Of a stretch of DNA of 64,000 bases, positions 63,501 to 64,000 are shown piece by piece. Numbering within the stretch: the first letter of the stretch is position 1; the number at the start of each line of letters is the position of its first letter. Source of the DNA: an uncultured Caldilineales bacterium (GTDB lineage Bacteria; Chloroflexota; Anaerolineae; JAAEKA01); assembly GCA_937907455.1 (NCBI GenBank), contig CALESQ010000076.1, forward strand, positions 68,793-132,792, read 5' to 3'. Both the position numbers and the translations under genes were made by a program. The notes beneath the pieces are model-generated. The model was given only the letters and a program-made list of their open reading frames with translations. It was not told the origin of the DNA and searched no databases.

Positions 63501-64000
63501 CTGCCGGTGCAGATGGCCTGTTTGGCACTGCGGATGATGTGACGGTAGCTACTGACACCACCGACGCCAACGGCAACTATCTGTTCGACGGTTTGGCGCC
63601 GAATGCCTATCAGGTGATCGTTACCACGCCGCCAGCGGGTTACACGCAGACCGGCGACCCGGATCACTATGCGGTGACCAACACCACGGCGGCGATGAAC
63701 GACAACAAGACCACCATCCCGGTGGTGCTTGGCCCCGGCGATGTGTTCCTGCTGGTGGACTTCGGCTACGTGGCCCCGGCAGCGCAGAACAACAGCGTGG
63801 GCAACAAGGTATGGTTTGATGCTGATGCCGACGGCGTAGGGCCGAGCGGTGCACCGGGTGGCGGCGACACCACGGAATGGGGCATCCCCGGCGTCACCGT
63901 GGCGCTGATCCGTGACACCAACGGCAATGGCACCTGGGATGCAGGTGAGCCGATTGTGGCCACCGACACCACCGATGCCAACGGCGTGTATGGCTTCAGC
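60536..64000 (+). CDS. large secreted SdrD-B-like (Cna-B fold) repeat adhesin, 3'-truncated by the window edge
   Basis: This ORF is open to the window end and so is absent from the supplied track. GTG at 60536 has GAGGAGA 6 nt upstream. Signal peptide, then repeated GN.VW.D.N.DG.QD..E.G...V.V.L modules (for example [30 protein letters not shown]). I read the frame by hand from 61382 to 63960 and saw no stop. Confidence 0.75.
   Translation, partial: [1155 protein letters not shown]

Overview
This is a GC-rich (roughly 60% by eye) bacterial chromosomal segment. I see no rRNA or tRNA genes, no transposase, integrase or phage genes, and no CRISPR-cas. I call about 47 protein genes. Housekeeping genes include dnaN, ftsK, a translationally coupled fabF-fabH pair, qor, pcrA, dnaK, lexA, lgt, rpmB, an overlapping asp23-yloV-degV-recG-coaD operon, a metB-like gene and proS. 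An exopolysaccharide/dTDP-sugar block holds a GT4 glycosyltransferase, two Wzz-like genes, a CpsD-like ATPase, a long-form rmlA and rmlB. Several large secreted or surface proteins are present: a GH140-like-CBM-LamG hydrolase, an S8 protease, a PA14-PKD-META protein, a C11 clostripain-like peptidase, and an SdrD-B-repeat adhesin of more than 1155 aa that runs off the right edge. DNA-damage genes include lexA with two Cheo-type GAAC-N4-GTTC boxes, an SRAP/YedK peptidase and a MrfA-like DUF1998 helicase. The Firmicute-like rpmB-asp23-yloV...recG synteny, the Gram-positive-type LexA box and the protein repertoire suggest a Terrabacteria lineage, possibly a filamentous Chloroflexota; this is a low-confidence inference. 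I found no convincing new multi-gene protein system such as a defence, toxin-antitoxin or retroelement locus. The unusual content is non-coding. (1) A structured dispersed element of about 40-60 nt has truncated derivatives amplified into a 530-bp, 12-copy array. The array is partly phased at exactly 32 bp, carries a 10-bp palindrome at unit junctions, and ends 20 bp from a DtxR-family regulator gene. (2) An 8-bp-period short tandem repeat family (GTAGACAR)n occurs at four intergenic loci and supplies the stop codon of two genes. (3) A 50-nt element is shared by the left window edge and the proS leader. Other notable points are several structured or AT-rich intergenic islands and several proteins with degenerate catalytic motifs or unusual extensions. 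All family assignments come from motif recognition by eye, and start codons are best guesses.
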